Part shown: piece after piece, positions 1 through 9,601 of the stretch
Layout: the number at the start of each line of letters is the position of its first letter
How positions within the stretch are numbered: position 1 is the stretch's first letter
Assembly (NCBI GenBank): GCA_965213625.1
Contig: CBDBZU010000004.1
Location: 544,001 to 608,000, forward strand
DNA from: a bacterium
Lineage (GTDB): Bacteria; UBA8248
Length of the DNA stretch: 64,000 bases
Direction: 5' to 3'
Translations under genes and position numbers: made by a program
The notes under the pieces: model-generated
Database searches by the model: none
Told to the model about the DNA's origin: nothing
What the model saw: the letters and a program-made list of their open reading frames with translations, nothing else

Positions 1-479
1 CCTCCACCCGCCTGGTACTGCTCGCGATTGAGAGCCAATGCGGCGGAAAACCTCCCGGGCGCATGGTGGACTTAGGCTGCGGCACCGGGATTCTGGGCGT
101 CGCAGCCTTACTCTATGGCGCAGAGCACGTCGTCGCGCTCGACCTGGACCCCAAGGCCGTAGAGGAGACCAAAACGCTTGCGGAGCGAAACGGGGTGGGT
201 GACCGCATGACGACGCGCAACACGACGCTTGCGGCTGGCGTGCTCAAAGACTGGTGGGGCCGGGTCGACTTCATCGCGGCGAACATTTTTCTGGACGCTC
301 TCAGGGAACTCACGCCGCTCATTCACGGGGCGCTCGCGCCGGGGGGCCGGGCCGTTCTCTCCGGCATCGGCTACGAGCAGGTTGAGACTCTCGCTCGTAT
401 CTATAAAGAGGCCGGTTTCACCCTCGAGAGAGCGAACCGAATCGAGGAATGGTCCAGCGTCGAGGTGGCGAAGCCATGA
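1..479 (+). CDS. prmA: Ribosomal protein L11 methyltransferase (5'-truncated by window edge)
   Basis: Frame open from position 3 (STRLVLLAIE...); VDLGCGTGIL SAM motif, ANI and LSGI motifs; ATGA overlap with rsmE. Confidence 0.9.
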   Translation, partial: STRLVLLAIESQCGGKPPGRMVDLGCGTGILGVAALLYGAEHVVALDLDPKAVEETKTLAERNGVGDRMTTRNTTLAAGVLKDWWGRVDFIAANIFLDALRELTPLIHGALAPGGRAVLSGIGYEQVETLARIYKEAGFTLERANRIEEWSSVEVAKP

Positions 480-1240
480 CGCGCGACGGACTGCGGCTTT
501 TCTACGTTCCGCCTGCGGCGGTTCAGGGCGAGCAGGTCGTCCTGGGGGCGGAGGAATCTGCGCACATCCGCCGCGTCTTGAAGATGCAGGCGGGCGCGAT
601 CTGCCGCGCCGCGACGGAGGATGGACGCGAATACAAGGTGGAGCTAACGGAAATAACCGCCGGTGAGAGCACCGCTCGAATCATCGAGCGCCTGCCGAAA
701 AGGCCGCCCTCTCCCACATCAATCGCCTTGGGCGTCCCCCTGCTCAAAGGGGAGCGTTTCGAGTGGGTCCTCCAGAAAGGCTGCGAACTGGGCGCCGATG
801 CGTTCCATCCACTTGCGCTCGAACGGTGCGAAGTGAGGATTCAGGAAAAAAGAAGCGCCGATCGTCACAACCGCTGGCGTCGCATCGTCCTGGAAGCCGC
901 CAAGCAGTGCGACCGCGTACCTCCTCCCGTGACGCATCCGCCCGGCGGGCTGGCGGAATATCTTGCAGAGACGGATAGTTTCGACCTCAAGTTGATGGGC
1001 TATCTGGGCGAAGACGCAATCCCCGCCAAAGAGGCGTTATCACGGGTGAGCAGTGCAGCTTCCCCGCTTCGCGTCGCCATCCTCACGGGACCCGAGGGCG
1101 ACCTCACGGAGGAAGAGGCGCAACGAGCGATGGACAGCGGCTTCCTGCCGGTGTCCCTGGGTCCCAGAATCCTGCGCGCAGGCACCGCGCCCGTCTCGCT
1201 CATCACCATCGTGCAGCACGCCCTCGGCGATATGGGCTGA
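476..1240 (+). CDS. rsmE: 16S rRNA m3U1498 methyltransferase
   Basis: HIRRVLK, QKGCELG, EAAKQC, GPEGD, SLGPRILRAGTA SPOUT motifs; start overlaps prmA stop. Confidence 0.95.
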   Translation: MTRDGLRLFYVPPAAVQGEQVVLGAEESAHIRRVLKMQAGAICRAATEDGREYKVELTEITAGESTARIIERLPKRPPSPTSIALGVPLLKGERFEWVLQKGCELGADAFHPLALERCEVRIQEKRSADRHNRWRRIVLEAAKQCDRVPPPVTHPPGGLAEYLAETDSFDLKLMGYLGEDAIPAKEALSRVSSAASPLRVAILTGPEGDLTEEEAQRAMDSGFLPVSLGPRILRAGTAPVSLITIVQHALGDMG

Positions 1241-1316
1241 TGCGCCCTGCTCGATTGACACCTTTTTCACACCGCCTTAGGTTGTGGGCATCACCACTCA
1301 CTAACGGGAACATCCG

Positions 1317-2597
1317 ATGAAGGTCATCATTGTCGGCGGGGGCGGGCGCGAGCATGCCCTCGCCTGGAAACTCAGCCAAAGCCCGGACGTGGAGGAAGTC
1401 GTCTGCGCGCCCGGTAACGCGGGCACGGCCCGTTTCGGGCGAAACGTCGCTGTCGGCGCCGAGGACATCGCGGGCCTCCTCTCGCTGGCGAATGAGGAAA
1501 AGCCGGGCCTGGTCGTCGTCGGTCCCGAAGCCCCCCTGGCCCTGGGGCTTGTGGATGAACTCGAAGCGCTCGGAATCCCGGCGTTCGGGCCATCCGCAGA
1601 GGCCGCCCGCATCGAGGCGAGCAAGGCGTTCTCAAAAGCCCTGATGGATGATGCGGGAATCCCGACCGCCGCCTACGGCGTTTTCGATGACGCCGGAGCG
1701 GCAAAGGATTTCGTGTCGCAGCGCGGCGGCGCATGGGCGGTGAAGGCCGACGGCTTGGCCGCGGGAAAGGGCGTGCTCCTGTGCCCCGATACGGCGAGCG
1801 CGCATGCGGCCATCTCCGAGATCATGGAACACAGAGCGTTCGGCGAGGCGGGCGCCACGTGCGTGGTGGAGGAGTTCCTGGAAGGTGAGGAGGCGAGCTT
1901 TCTCGCGTTTGCGGACGGGGAAACTGCGCTCCCTATGGCATCGGCGCAGGATCACAAGGCCATCGGCGAGGGCGATACCGGCCCCAACACGGGCGGCATG
2001 GGCGCGTATTCGCCTGCGCCCGTGCTCCCGGGCGATTTAGAGGAACACGCGCTCGAAACCGTCATCAAACCCGCCATCCGCGCCATGGCGAGGCGGGGAA
2101 CGCCCTATAAGGGGATTCTCTACGCCGGCCTGATGGTGCAGGGCGATGAGCTGAAAGTCCTGGAATTCAACTGCCGCTTCGGCGACCCCGAATGCCAGCC
2201 GCTGCTCACCCGCATGGAGGGGGATTTGCTGCCCGTCCTGATGGCGTGCATCGAGGGGCGGCTCCATGAGACGGCGATTCGCTATTCGCAAGACGCCGCG
2301 GTCTGCGTCGTCATGGCGGCGGGCGGCTACCCGGACGCCTACCGCAAGGGCGACGCTATCCAGGGAATCGAGGACGCCGACGCCATGCCCGGCGTTCACG
2401 TCTTTCACGCGGGAACAGCCCTGAACGACGAAGGAGAAGTCGTAACCGCCGGTGGCCGCGTGCTCGGCGTCACCGCGAGGGGTATGGACATCCGCACCGC
2501 CATCGCGCGCGCGTACGAGGCGAGCGACCTGATTTACTGGGAAGACGCGTATTTGAGAAAAGACATCGGCGCCAAGGCTTTAAGGCGTTTGGGCTGA
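1317..2597 (+). CDS. purD: Phosphoribosylamine-glycine ligase
   Basis: GGGGREHALA, KADGLAAGKGV, GPNTGGMGAY, EFNCRFGDPE, GGRVL motifs. Confidence 0.97.
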   Translation: MKVIIVGGGGREHALAWKLSQSPDVEEVVCAPGNAGTARFGRNVAVGAEDIAGLLSLANEEKPGLVVVGPEAPLALGLVDELEALGIPAFGPSAEAARIEASKAFSKALMDDAGIPTAAYGVFDDAGAAKDFVSQRGGAWAVKADGLAAGKGVLLCPDTASAHAAISEIMEHRAFGEAGATCVVEEFLEGEEASFLAFADGETALPMASAQDHKAIGEGDTGPNTGGMGAYSPAPVLPGDLEEHALETVIKPAIRAMARRGTPYKGILYAGLMVQGDELKVLEFNCRFGDPECQPLLTRMEGDLLPVLMACIEGRLHETAIRYSQDAAVCVVMAAGGYPDAYRKGDAIQGIEDADAMPGVHVFHAGTALNDEGEVVTAGGRVLGVTARGMDIRTAIARAYEASDLIYWEDAYLRKDIGAKALRRLG

Positions 2598-2618
2598 ATT
2601 CCCGGCTGCCAATCCAGA

Positions 2619-3740
2619 ATGCGCGCCCTCATCATCCTTATAGACGGCGGCGACCCCGCCTATTTCGAGGCCTCCCACACGCCGAACTTGGACAGCATCA
2701 CGAGTGAGGGCGCGCACTTCACCGTGTCGGGACAGATGCCCTCGGTCACCAACGTGAACAACGTCTCGATGATCTGCGGCGCGCCTCCCGCCGCGCACGG
2801 CATCACGGCCAACTATTTCCTGAACGCAGACACGGGCGAAGAAGTCTACATGGAATCGGGAGATTTCGTCCTCTCGCCCACCCTCATGGAAATGGGCCGT
2901 GGTGCGGGGCTTAAGACCGCCGTCCTGGCCTCCAAACAAAAACTCTGCGACATGATCGGCAAGGGGGCGGGCACGGTCGTCACCGCGGAAGACCCGCCCG
3001 GATGGCTCACCCGAAAGGCGGGCGCCAAAGAGGATATCTACAGCGGGGAGGTGAATCTCTGGCTCCTGCGGGCGGCGCGCGCGGTGCTGGAAGCGCAAAA
3101 GCCGGACCTCCTCTACGTCACCACCACGGACTACCTGCAGCACAAATACGGCCCCGGGCACGCGGAAGCGCAGGCACACCACGCCGCGCTCGATGCGGAA
3201 GTCGGACGCCTGGTCGATAGCTGGATACGCACACATGAAGACGGCGCGGTATTCGTGACCGCCGACCACGGTATGCTCGACAAGACGAAGGCACTCGACC
3301 CGGGCGTCATATTGAGAGCACAAGGCGTCGGCGCGGAAGCGGTGCCCATCATCAAAGACCGCTACGTCGTCCACCACGGGAACCAGGGCGGCGCCGCCTA
3401 CGTTCACCTGCAAAACGAGGATTCTCTCGCCGAGGCTGTCGATATCCTCAAAGCCCGCCCTGGCATCGAGGATGCGCTTACGCGGCAAGAGGCCGCCGTG
3501 CGCTTTCAGCTAATGGCCGAGCGGGTGGGCGACATCATGGTGCTGGCGGATTCCGAAACCGTTTTCGGCGTGATGGATGAGGCCGAGCGCGAGGTTCACT
3601 TGAGAAGCCACGGCTCGCTGCACGAGAGCGTCGTGCCGTTATGGGCCTTGAATGCGCCAGATTTCACACCAAGCGATGCGCCCCGCCATTTCGAGTGCGT
3701 TCGCTACGTGATGGGTTTGTTTAAAAAGCTCCGTATATGA
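2619..3740 (+). CDS. phnA: Phosphonoacetate hydrolase-like alkaline phosphatase superfamily protein
   Basis: IDGG, PSVTNVNN..GAPPAAHGITANY, TTDYLQHK, TADHGM, LRSHGSLHE motifs resemble PhnA. Confidence 0.75.
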   Translation: MRALIILIDGGDPAYFEASHTPNLDSITSEGAHFTVSGQMPSVTNVNNVSMICGAPPAAHGITANYFLNADTGEEVYMESGDFVLSPTLMEMGRGAGLKTAVLASKQKLCDMIGKGAGTVVTAEDPPGWLTRKAGAKEDIYSGEVNLWLLRAARAVLEAQKPDLLYVTTTDYLQHKYGPGHAEAQAHHAALDAEVGRLVDSWIRTHEDGAVFVTADHGMLDKTKALDPGVILRAQGVGAEAVPIIKDRYVVHHGNQGGAAYVHLQNEDSLAEAVDILKARPGIEDALTRQEAAVRFQLMAERVGDIMVLADSETVFGVMDEAEREVHLRSHGSLHESVVPLWALNAPDFTPSDAPRHFECVRYVMGLFKKLRI

Positions 3741-3806
3741 TCCCTATGGGTTGATTCCAAGCAATGCTGGAGCGATTGCCAACCGAAGAGGGAGGAATTG
3801 ACATCT

Positions 3807-3832
3807 GTAGGGACAGGCTTCCGTGCCTGTCC
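3807..3832. repeat. GTAG-type REP palindrome (GTAGGGACAGGC...GCCTGTCC)
   Basis: Near-identical to copies at 46828 and 48506; partner REP truncated after GGGCGGG at about 3846. Confidence 0.8.
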
Positions 3833-3876
3833 GACACCCGGGCGGGAATTTAGTCGTAGATTGAGAAATATCAGAA

Positions 3877-4965
3877 TCAAAATTCATTAAAAGCTTTTAG
3901 CAATTTCATCGTTGCGTCGTGATCCAAGGAATCTCCTACATACCGGCATTCGTATAAACCTTGTAAATTCGAAGGCAACTCTATGCCCTTTTCAACTAAT
4001 AAAATCAGATTGCGTCCATACAATGCCATGGCAGCGCCAATTTCAATCAAAACATTCCCATTAAGTCTTGGAACCAAATTTCCTTCCTTGTCATATAAGT
4101 TTTCTTCACGTGCCACATGGATTATCCCTGCTCCACATGTTCTCATATCTTCTAACACTTTTTCTGGTACAGGTATTGATGTTGTTTCATGCTCCTGAGC
4201 AACGATGGGTTCCCTTTGGCCATAGCTGACAATTTCTTTTATTTCCTCTAAGATTTTTGTGTTTGATCCGTGAGTAATGAAAACACGCTTGTTCTTTCCC
4301 TTTTCTTCAATTTCATTTTGTTTTTCTGATTCAGGCTCATTTTGGCTGTTCATAGTGCCTGAAACATCAAGAGTTTCATCATTTTCTTGATCTTCCATAA
4401 AATCAGCATTGTTTTCTGATTGAACTGAACCAAAATTTTCGTTAGAACCCATATTGTTGCCAACAAAATCCTTTATCGCCTCCTCATTGAATTCTATTCT
4501 TGTCTGCGTACCTTTTCGGCCAATTACCATTGAACCTAATTCAGCACCTTGAACAATATGGAAAAAGCAAACTACTTGATCTTTAAGTATCTTATCTTTA
4601 TCGGAAACCTGATCTTTGAAGTGTTCATGCCAATGAGCAGCAATATCCGTAGTATTCATTACATAATTTGCTCTATGGACGGCTCTTTCGATTGTTGAAT
4701 TATACGGTGTTATCCCTCTTATAACTTTTTTCAACACATTTGTAGGGTTGTTGATAAATTCACGCCCCTCTTCCATCAACTTCATTTTACCGTTTTCATC
4801 ATTTATCAAACCCCAAATCTTGTATGCGGAAATTTTGCGACCATCAAGTGTTTTAGAATCTATAACCGACTTAGCTTCTGATAAAGAAGCACCAGTAGGT
4901 TTGGTTGCCAAGTATTGTGTAATTCCATGAACATCCTCAATCGTAGTCCTAATCGGTAGTGCCAT
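3877..4965 (-). CDS. Low-GC protein with C-terminal TIR-like nucleotide-binding domain (PF10137/COG4271-like)
   Basis: RVFITHG...NVLIEIG...LLVEKGIELPSNLQG pattern; visibly AT-rich versus flanks; acidic linker joins an unrecognised N-terminal domain. Confidence 0.8.
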   Translation of the reverse strand: MALPIRTTIEDVHGITQYLATKPTGASLSEAKSVIDSKTLDGRKISAYKIWGLINDENGKMKLMEEGREFINNPTNVLKKVIRGITPYNSTIERAVHRANYVMNTTDIAAHWHEHFKDQVSDKDKILKDQVVCFFHIVQGAELGSMVIGRKGTQTRIEFNEEAIKDFVGNNMGSNENFGSVQSENNADFMEDQENDETLDVSGTMNSQNEPESEKQNEIEEKGKNKRVFITHGSNTKILEEIKEIVSYGQREPIVAQEHETTSIPVPEKVLEDMRTCGAGIIHVAREENLYDKEGNLVPRLNGNVLIEIGAAMALYGRNLILLVEKGIELPSNLQGLYECRYVGDSLDHDATMKLLKAFNEF

Positions 4966-5198
4966 TTCATTTTCTCCTAATCACTAAGAAAAATGCCTCG
5001 AAATATGAACCACCATCACGGCGGAAAAATACAATCCTTGAATTGATTTGTCAATACCTCTATATATATATGAGGGTATTTATAAATAATGAATCCATAA
5101 CTAACTATTATTCAATATGTTATATAGTATAAAATGGACATATAAATACTCTTTACAATATCAAGATGTCTGCATTGAGCGCACGGTCGGTATCATGC

Positions 5199-5381
5199 GC
5201 TGCCGATTCGAAAACCGTTTTCGGCGTGATGGACGAGGCCGAGCGCGAGGTTCACTTGAGAAGTCACGGCTCAGTCCACGAAAGCGTCGTGCCGTTATGG
5301 GCCTTGAATGCACCAGATTTCACACCAAGCAATGCGCCCCGCCATTTCGAGTGCGTTCGCTACGTGATGGACAGATTGTAA
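5199..5381 (+). pseudogene. Duplicated 3' fragment of phnA
   Basis: 5212-5370 aligns without gaps to 3556-3714 (8 mismatches in 159 bp, manual count); ends with a different tail (MDRL*). Confidence 0.92.
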
Positions 5382-5406
5382 TAGGGGATGGAATCGCGGT
5401 CGCTCT

Positions 5407-5790
5407 TCAGGGATTACGCTTCACCCACGGAAATTTCTCGTCGATTCCCGGCCAGATTTCCCGGATGGAGAAAAAACATATCGCTATCCAGATGGCGAGG
5501 CCCATGTCGAAACCCTCGAGCACCCGCACCATCCAGATAAAATCGAACACGCCCAGCACCAGGGCAGCGAGATAACAGCACCACGTAAGCCCCCGCAGAG
5601 TCGCCAGTCCGAAAAGACCCAGGGCCACCCCTCCGGCCAGCGTCGCCCAGCCGTAACCCACCCTGCCCGGCTGGTTCGTGTACATCGCCGACACGGTGAA
5701 GATGACGAGCAGCACGCCTACCAGCAGCGTGGTCTTCGCCGCGCGATTCGCGCTGAACGTTCTTTCCTCGGGAACGGGAGGTTCATTCAT
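5407..5790 (-). CDS. Small membrane protein of unknown function
   Basis: 127 aa with about four hydrophobic segments. Confidence 0.6.
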   Translation of the reverse strand: MNEPPVPEERTFSANRAAKTTLLVGVLLVIFTVSAMYTNQPGRVGYGWATLAGGVALGLFGLATLRGLTWCCYLAALVLGVFDFIWMVRVLEGFDMGLAIWIAICFFSIREIWPGIDEKFPWVKRNP

Positions 5791-5923
5791 CTTGCTTTCG
5801 CTTCCTGTTGTTTGATGCCGACCGACCGAGGGTACGTCATCCGCCCCTCGTTGCCTAGCCGCTCGCCTATGTGCTGTAATCGAGCCTTCGAAATTTCATT
5901 CTATATTACGAGGAGGACGCCCC

Positions 5924-6964
5924 TTGAAGGCGATGGTGCTGAGAGAACCGGGAAAACCCTTTGTCGAGGAAGAATACCCAGACCCCGTGCCGGGTCCGGG
6001 GGAAGCGGTCGCGAAGGTTCTGGCCTGCGGCGCCGGGCTGACTATCCACCACGCCCGCATGGGCCGGGTGCCCGGGGTGGATTATCCCCTCATCATCGGG
6101 CACGAGATTACCGCCGTCATCACCGCCTTAGGCGAAGGCGTGGAAGGCCTGCAGGAGGGTGACGCGGTGACCGCTCATTTCTACGTCACTTGCGGGAGGT
6201 GCAAGTGGTGCCTCATCAACCGCGAGACGCTGTGCGAGAATTTCACGGGCTACATCGGCCGCCAGGTGCAGGGCGCCTATGCCGAATACATCAAGCTGCC
6301 CGCAAGGAATTACATCAAAATCCCCGCCGGTCTCGATTATGAGAACACCGCGGCGGAAGTCTCCGTCATCTGCGACGCGATAGCTACCCCCTACAAAGTG
6401 ACGAAGCGCGCGCGCATCGCGCCGCTCGAGAACGTGGCCGTCATCGGCGCGGGCGGCGGCGTGGGCATCCACATGGTGATGATGGCGAAGTGGGCGCACG
6501 CCAGGGTCATCGCCGTGGACGTCGCGGCGAACAAGCTCGGCAAGTGCCGGGACGTGGGCGCGGACGAGGCCGTCGACGCATCCCAGGGAGACGTGGCGGG
6601 CGCGCTCATGGACTTGACGAACGGCAAGGGCGTGGACGTGGTGGTCGATTTCGTCTCCTCCGCCTCCACGATGGAAGCGGGTTTTCAGGCCTTAGGCATC
6701 GGCGGACGCCTCGTGACGCTGGGCGGCACGGGCCAGCCGTTTCAGGCCGCGTCGCGCAATATGGTGAACAAAGAACTCGAACTCATGGGCAGCCGCTACT
6801 GTTCGAAACAGGAACTCAAGGAATCGCTCGACCTGGTGGCGCGGGGCGACGTCTGGCCCGTGGTGACGGAAACCTACTCATTCAACGTCGATGAGGTGGA
6901 AAAAGTCCACGAGCGGCTGGAAGTGGCTGCCGTCACGGGCCGCGCGGTCATCATGATGGATTAG
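5924..6964 (+). CDS. Zinc-binding MDR alcohol dehydrogenase family protein
   Basis: GHE motif, CGRCKWC...C structural Zn site, GAGGGVG Rossmann motif; TTG start after GAGGAGG. Confidence 0.9.
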   Translation: MKAMVLREPGKPFVEEEYPDPVPGPGEAVAKVLACGAGLTIHHARMGRVPGVDYPLIIGHEITAVITALGEGVEGLQEGDAVTAHFYVTCGRCKWCLINRETLCENFTGYIGRQVQGAYAEYIKLPARNYIKIPAGLDYENTAAEVSVICDAIATPYKVTKRARIAPLENVAVIGAGGGVGIHMVMMAKWAHARVIAVDVAANKLGKCRDVGADEAVDASQGDVAGALMDLTNGKGVDVVVDFVSSASTMEAGFQALGIGGRLVTLGGTGQPFQAASRNMVNKELELMGSRYCSKQELKESLDLVARGDVWPVVTETYSFNVDEVEKVHERLEVAAVTGRAVIMMD

Positions 6965-6988
6965 GATTTGTAAAACGTCATCAGCGGG

Positions 6989-7741
6989 CTAGTTGGCGAT
7001 CTTCCACTGCCCGTCGGGCTGCCTGCAGGCGGTGCCGTAGGCGTTCTGCTCTTTGCCGTCGATGACAATCGTCTGCTGGAACTCCCGGCAATACTGGTTG
7101 AGTTCGTTCTTGAAGGCCGGTTTAGGAACCACGACGCCGCACACCCGCCTGTCGGGGTTGTCCCACACGGTGCGTGTGCCGGAGCGCTGGTTCTCGAGCG
7201 CGTATTGCGTGGCGCTCGCGAACCTGAGCCGCTCAGCATCGTCCAGGTCTCGTCCAATCTGCCCACCCACGACGCTGCCGAGAAGCACGCCTGCGAAAGT
7301 GGCGAGCGCCTGCCCGCTTCCCTTGCCGACCTGATGGCCGATGACGCCGCCTCCGATCGCGCCTATTACCGAGCCGAGAACCTCGTTGTCGTTACTCGAT
7401 TCATAAGCAGCGCAGCGATAATCCGGGGAGCGATAGACGTAACGCTCACGCGGGTATGGCCTATAGATGACGCGCGGGCCGGTCCAGACCGGATAGCCAT
7501 ACCAGACCGGAGAGACGTAGCTGGGGCCGATCCAGAAGTTATGACGAACGATAGTGCGGGGACGACGGTGATGACGACGCCATTTGCGGTGCTGGCGCAC
7601 CCTGTGGTGTCGATGTGATTTATATTTATGATGCCGCTGGATTCCGTGGCGCCTGCCTTGACGCTTATCCGCCGCCGCGTCGTTCACCAGAAAAACGACC
7701 GCCAGAGCACTCAACACGATGGAGAGTCCAATGCGCCTCAT
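6989..7741 (-). CDS. Glycine-zipper 17 kDa surface antigen-like (RT0821/Lpp0805-like) exported protein
   Basis: Signal peptide, His/Arg-rich N-region, glycine zipper, C-terminal YCREFQQT...AYGTACRQPDGQW. Confidence 0.85.
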   Translation of the reverse strand: MRRIGLSIVLSALAVVFLVNDAAADKRQGRRHGIQRHHKYKSHRHHRVRQHRKWRRHHRRPRTIVRHNFWIGPSYVSPVWYGYPVWTGPRVIYRPYPRERYVYRSPDYRCAAYESSNDNEVLGSVIGAIGGGVIGHQVGKGSGQALATFAGVLLGSVVGGQIGRDLDDAERLRFASATQYALENQRSGTRTVWDNPDRRVCGVVVPKPAFKNELNQYCREFQQTIVIDGKEQNAYGTACRQPDGQWKIAN

Positions 7742-8062
7742 CTGTCCATCCCCCCTGGAATCTTTCTCATCTTCCGAATAAAAGATGTAAAGCGACGACT
7801 TGCTTATTATACAGTCTGACGACGACGGGTTCCATGCCTATTTAAATTATTGATATTATATAACTTACTTGATTTGCCCTTAAAATAGACTCCACTTTAT
7901 CCGAAGTCCGTCCTCCACACACTTACATTCGACTATGCGCCTTGCGCCGTTTCTATTCCCGTCCCGACGGCAAAACCCCCGCGAACTTTGAAGATTCCCG
8001 CCCCCGCCTGTAGAATCGCTCACCTGCGCAATCACACTATCATTCAGGAGGTTTCAGGTTTC

Positions 8063-8518
8063 ATGAGCGAAGGCGTTGCGTTTGAAAAATGGGAAGTCGG
8101 GAACAAATTCACCACCCGGGGCAGGACCATCACAGAGACCGACGTGGTGAATTACGTCAACTTGGTGGGCTATACGGAAAGCCTGTTCCTCGACATGGAG
8201 TTTTTGCGGGAAAAAGGCCATGAAAGGCGCATGGCGCCCGCCCTTTTCACCTGCGGAATCGCGGATACCTTAATCGTCCAGACGGGCGTTCTGCACGATT
8301 ACGCCGTCGCGCTTCTGGGCGTGGACGGCCTCGTGGCGCGCGCGCCCGTGTACGTGGGCGATACGCTGACGGTCGAGGTCGAGACGACGGACGTCCGCCC
8401 CTCCAAAAGCAGACCCGACCGCGGCGTCGTCTCCACGCACCAGAGGGTGCTCAACCAAAAAGGCGAGGTGGTGCTCGAATACGACGTGAAGCGCATGCTG
8501 CTCAGAAGCGATTCGTGA
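8063..8518 (+). CDS. MaoC-like hotdog dehydratase
   Basis: GRTITETD, APVYVGDTL, SKSRPDRGVV, NQKGEVV motifs. Confidence 0.88.
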   Translation: MSEGVAFEKWEVGNKFTTRGRTITETDVVNYVNLVGYTESLFLDMEFLREKGHERRMAPALFTCGIADTLIVQTGVLHDYAVALLGVDGLVARAPVYVGDTLTVEVETTDVRPSKSRPDRGVVSTHQRVLNQKGEVVLEYDVKRMLLRSDS

Positions 8519-8528
8519 GGCGGACGCT

Positions 8529-9506
8529 CTACAGCCCGAAAAACACTCTCGCCGTGCCGCTCCATATTTTCTCCGCATCCTCCGGTGAAATATCCAGCGC
8601 GTTCATCATATCGGCGTGGCGCTTCACGGGCACCCAGGGGGCGTCGCTCGCGAACATCATGCGCGATGCGCCCATCTCCTGTAAGGAAAACTCGAGCGCC
8701 GTCTGCGAGTGAACCACCGAGTCCGTATAGAAGCGCTCGAAGTATTCGCTCGGGTCGCGCGTGATCAATTCTTGCTCGTCGCGGTAGCGCGAACTCAGGT
8801 TGTCCACCCGCCCGATGAACAGCGGAAGAGAGGCGCCCCCGTGAGGCAACAACACCTTGAGGTTCGGGTGACGCTCCAGCACGCCGCTCAAAATGAGCCT
8901 GAGCGCCGCCAGGCACTCATCGAACATGAAGCCTATCATCGGCCCCAGCCAGTGATCTTCATAATGCGGCCCCGAGGGAGAAGGCCCCGGATGCAGCACG
9001 AGCGGAATGCCGCGCTCGGCCAGAAGCCCCCACAAGGGCTCATGGGCAGCGTCGTCGATGTAGCGTTCGCCGCCGATGTAGGCGAAAACCTGAAGGCCCA
9101 CGAAACCGAGATCGTCCACGCAGCGCTCGAGTTCGCGGCAGGTCGCATTCATATCGCCGAAACCGAGCGAAGCCACCCCCCGGATGCGCCCCGGGTGGCG
9201 CGCCGCCGCCTCGGCCAGCCCGTCGTTCCCGATTCTCGCGAGTTCGTCCGCGTCTTCGGGGCTTTTGGCGAGGTCCGGGCCTGGAATGTTGATGCTGATT
9301 AGGGCAAGATCGATTTCCTGCTCATCCATTTCGGCGAGCTTGATGTCGATGTCCAGGGCGGGGTGCCGCATCGGAAGTTTTTGTTCCGGGCTCGCCCACG
9401 CCCACCAGAAATCCTCCGCCTTCTCGTAGCGCGGAAAATCGGAGCGGGCGGCGAGCGCCCGGACGTAGGCTTGTGGTACATGATGGGTCTGAACATCGAT
9501 GCGCAT
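8529..9506 (-). CDS. Amidohydrolase_2 family protein (ACMSD-like)
   Basis: IDVQTH, LHP, PHGG, MFASDAPW motifs. Confidence 0.88.
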   Translation of the reverse strand: MRIDVQTHHVPQAYVRALAARSDFPRYEKAEDFWWAWASPEQKLPMRHPALDIDIKLAEMDEQEIDLALISINIPGPDLAKSPEDADELARIGNDGLAEAAARHPGRIRGVASLGFGDMNATCRELERCVDDLGFVGLQVFAYIGGERYIDDAAHEPLWGLLAERGIPLVLHPGPSPSGPHYEDHWLGPMIGFMFDECLAALRLILSGVLERHPNLKVLLPHGGASLPLFIGRVDNLSSRYRDEQELITRDPSEYFERFYTDSVVHSQTALEFSLQEMGASRMMFASDAPWVPVKRHADMMNALDISPEDAEKIWSGTARVFFGL

Positions 9507-9601
9507 GGAATTCTCCAGACTATGATGGGAACCTTGATATTAGACAGAGGGGATTATTCCCCCAGAATGAACCGGATGCAAATTAAAGTGAGGAGATGAT
9601 T

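Noticed and set aside
3556-5370. phnA or recN duplicates as DGR template/variable repeats
   Set aside because: Mismatches are not restricted to adenines and there is no reverse transcriptase in the window
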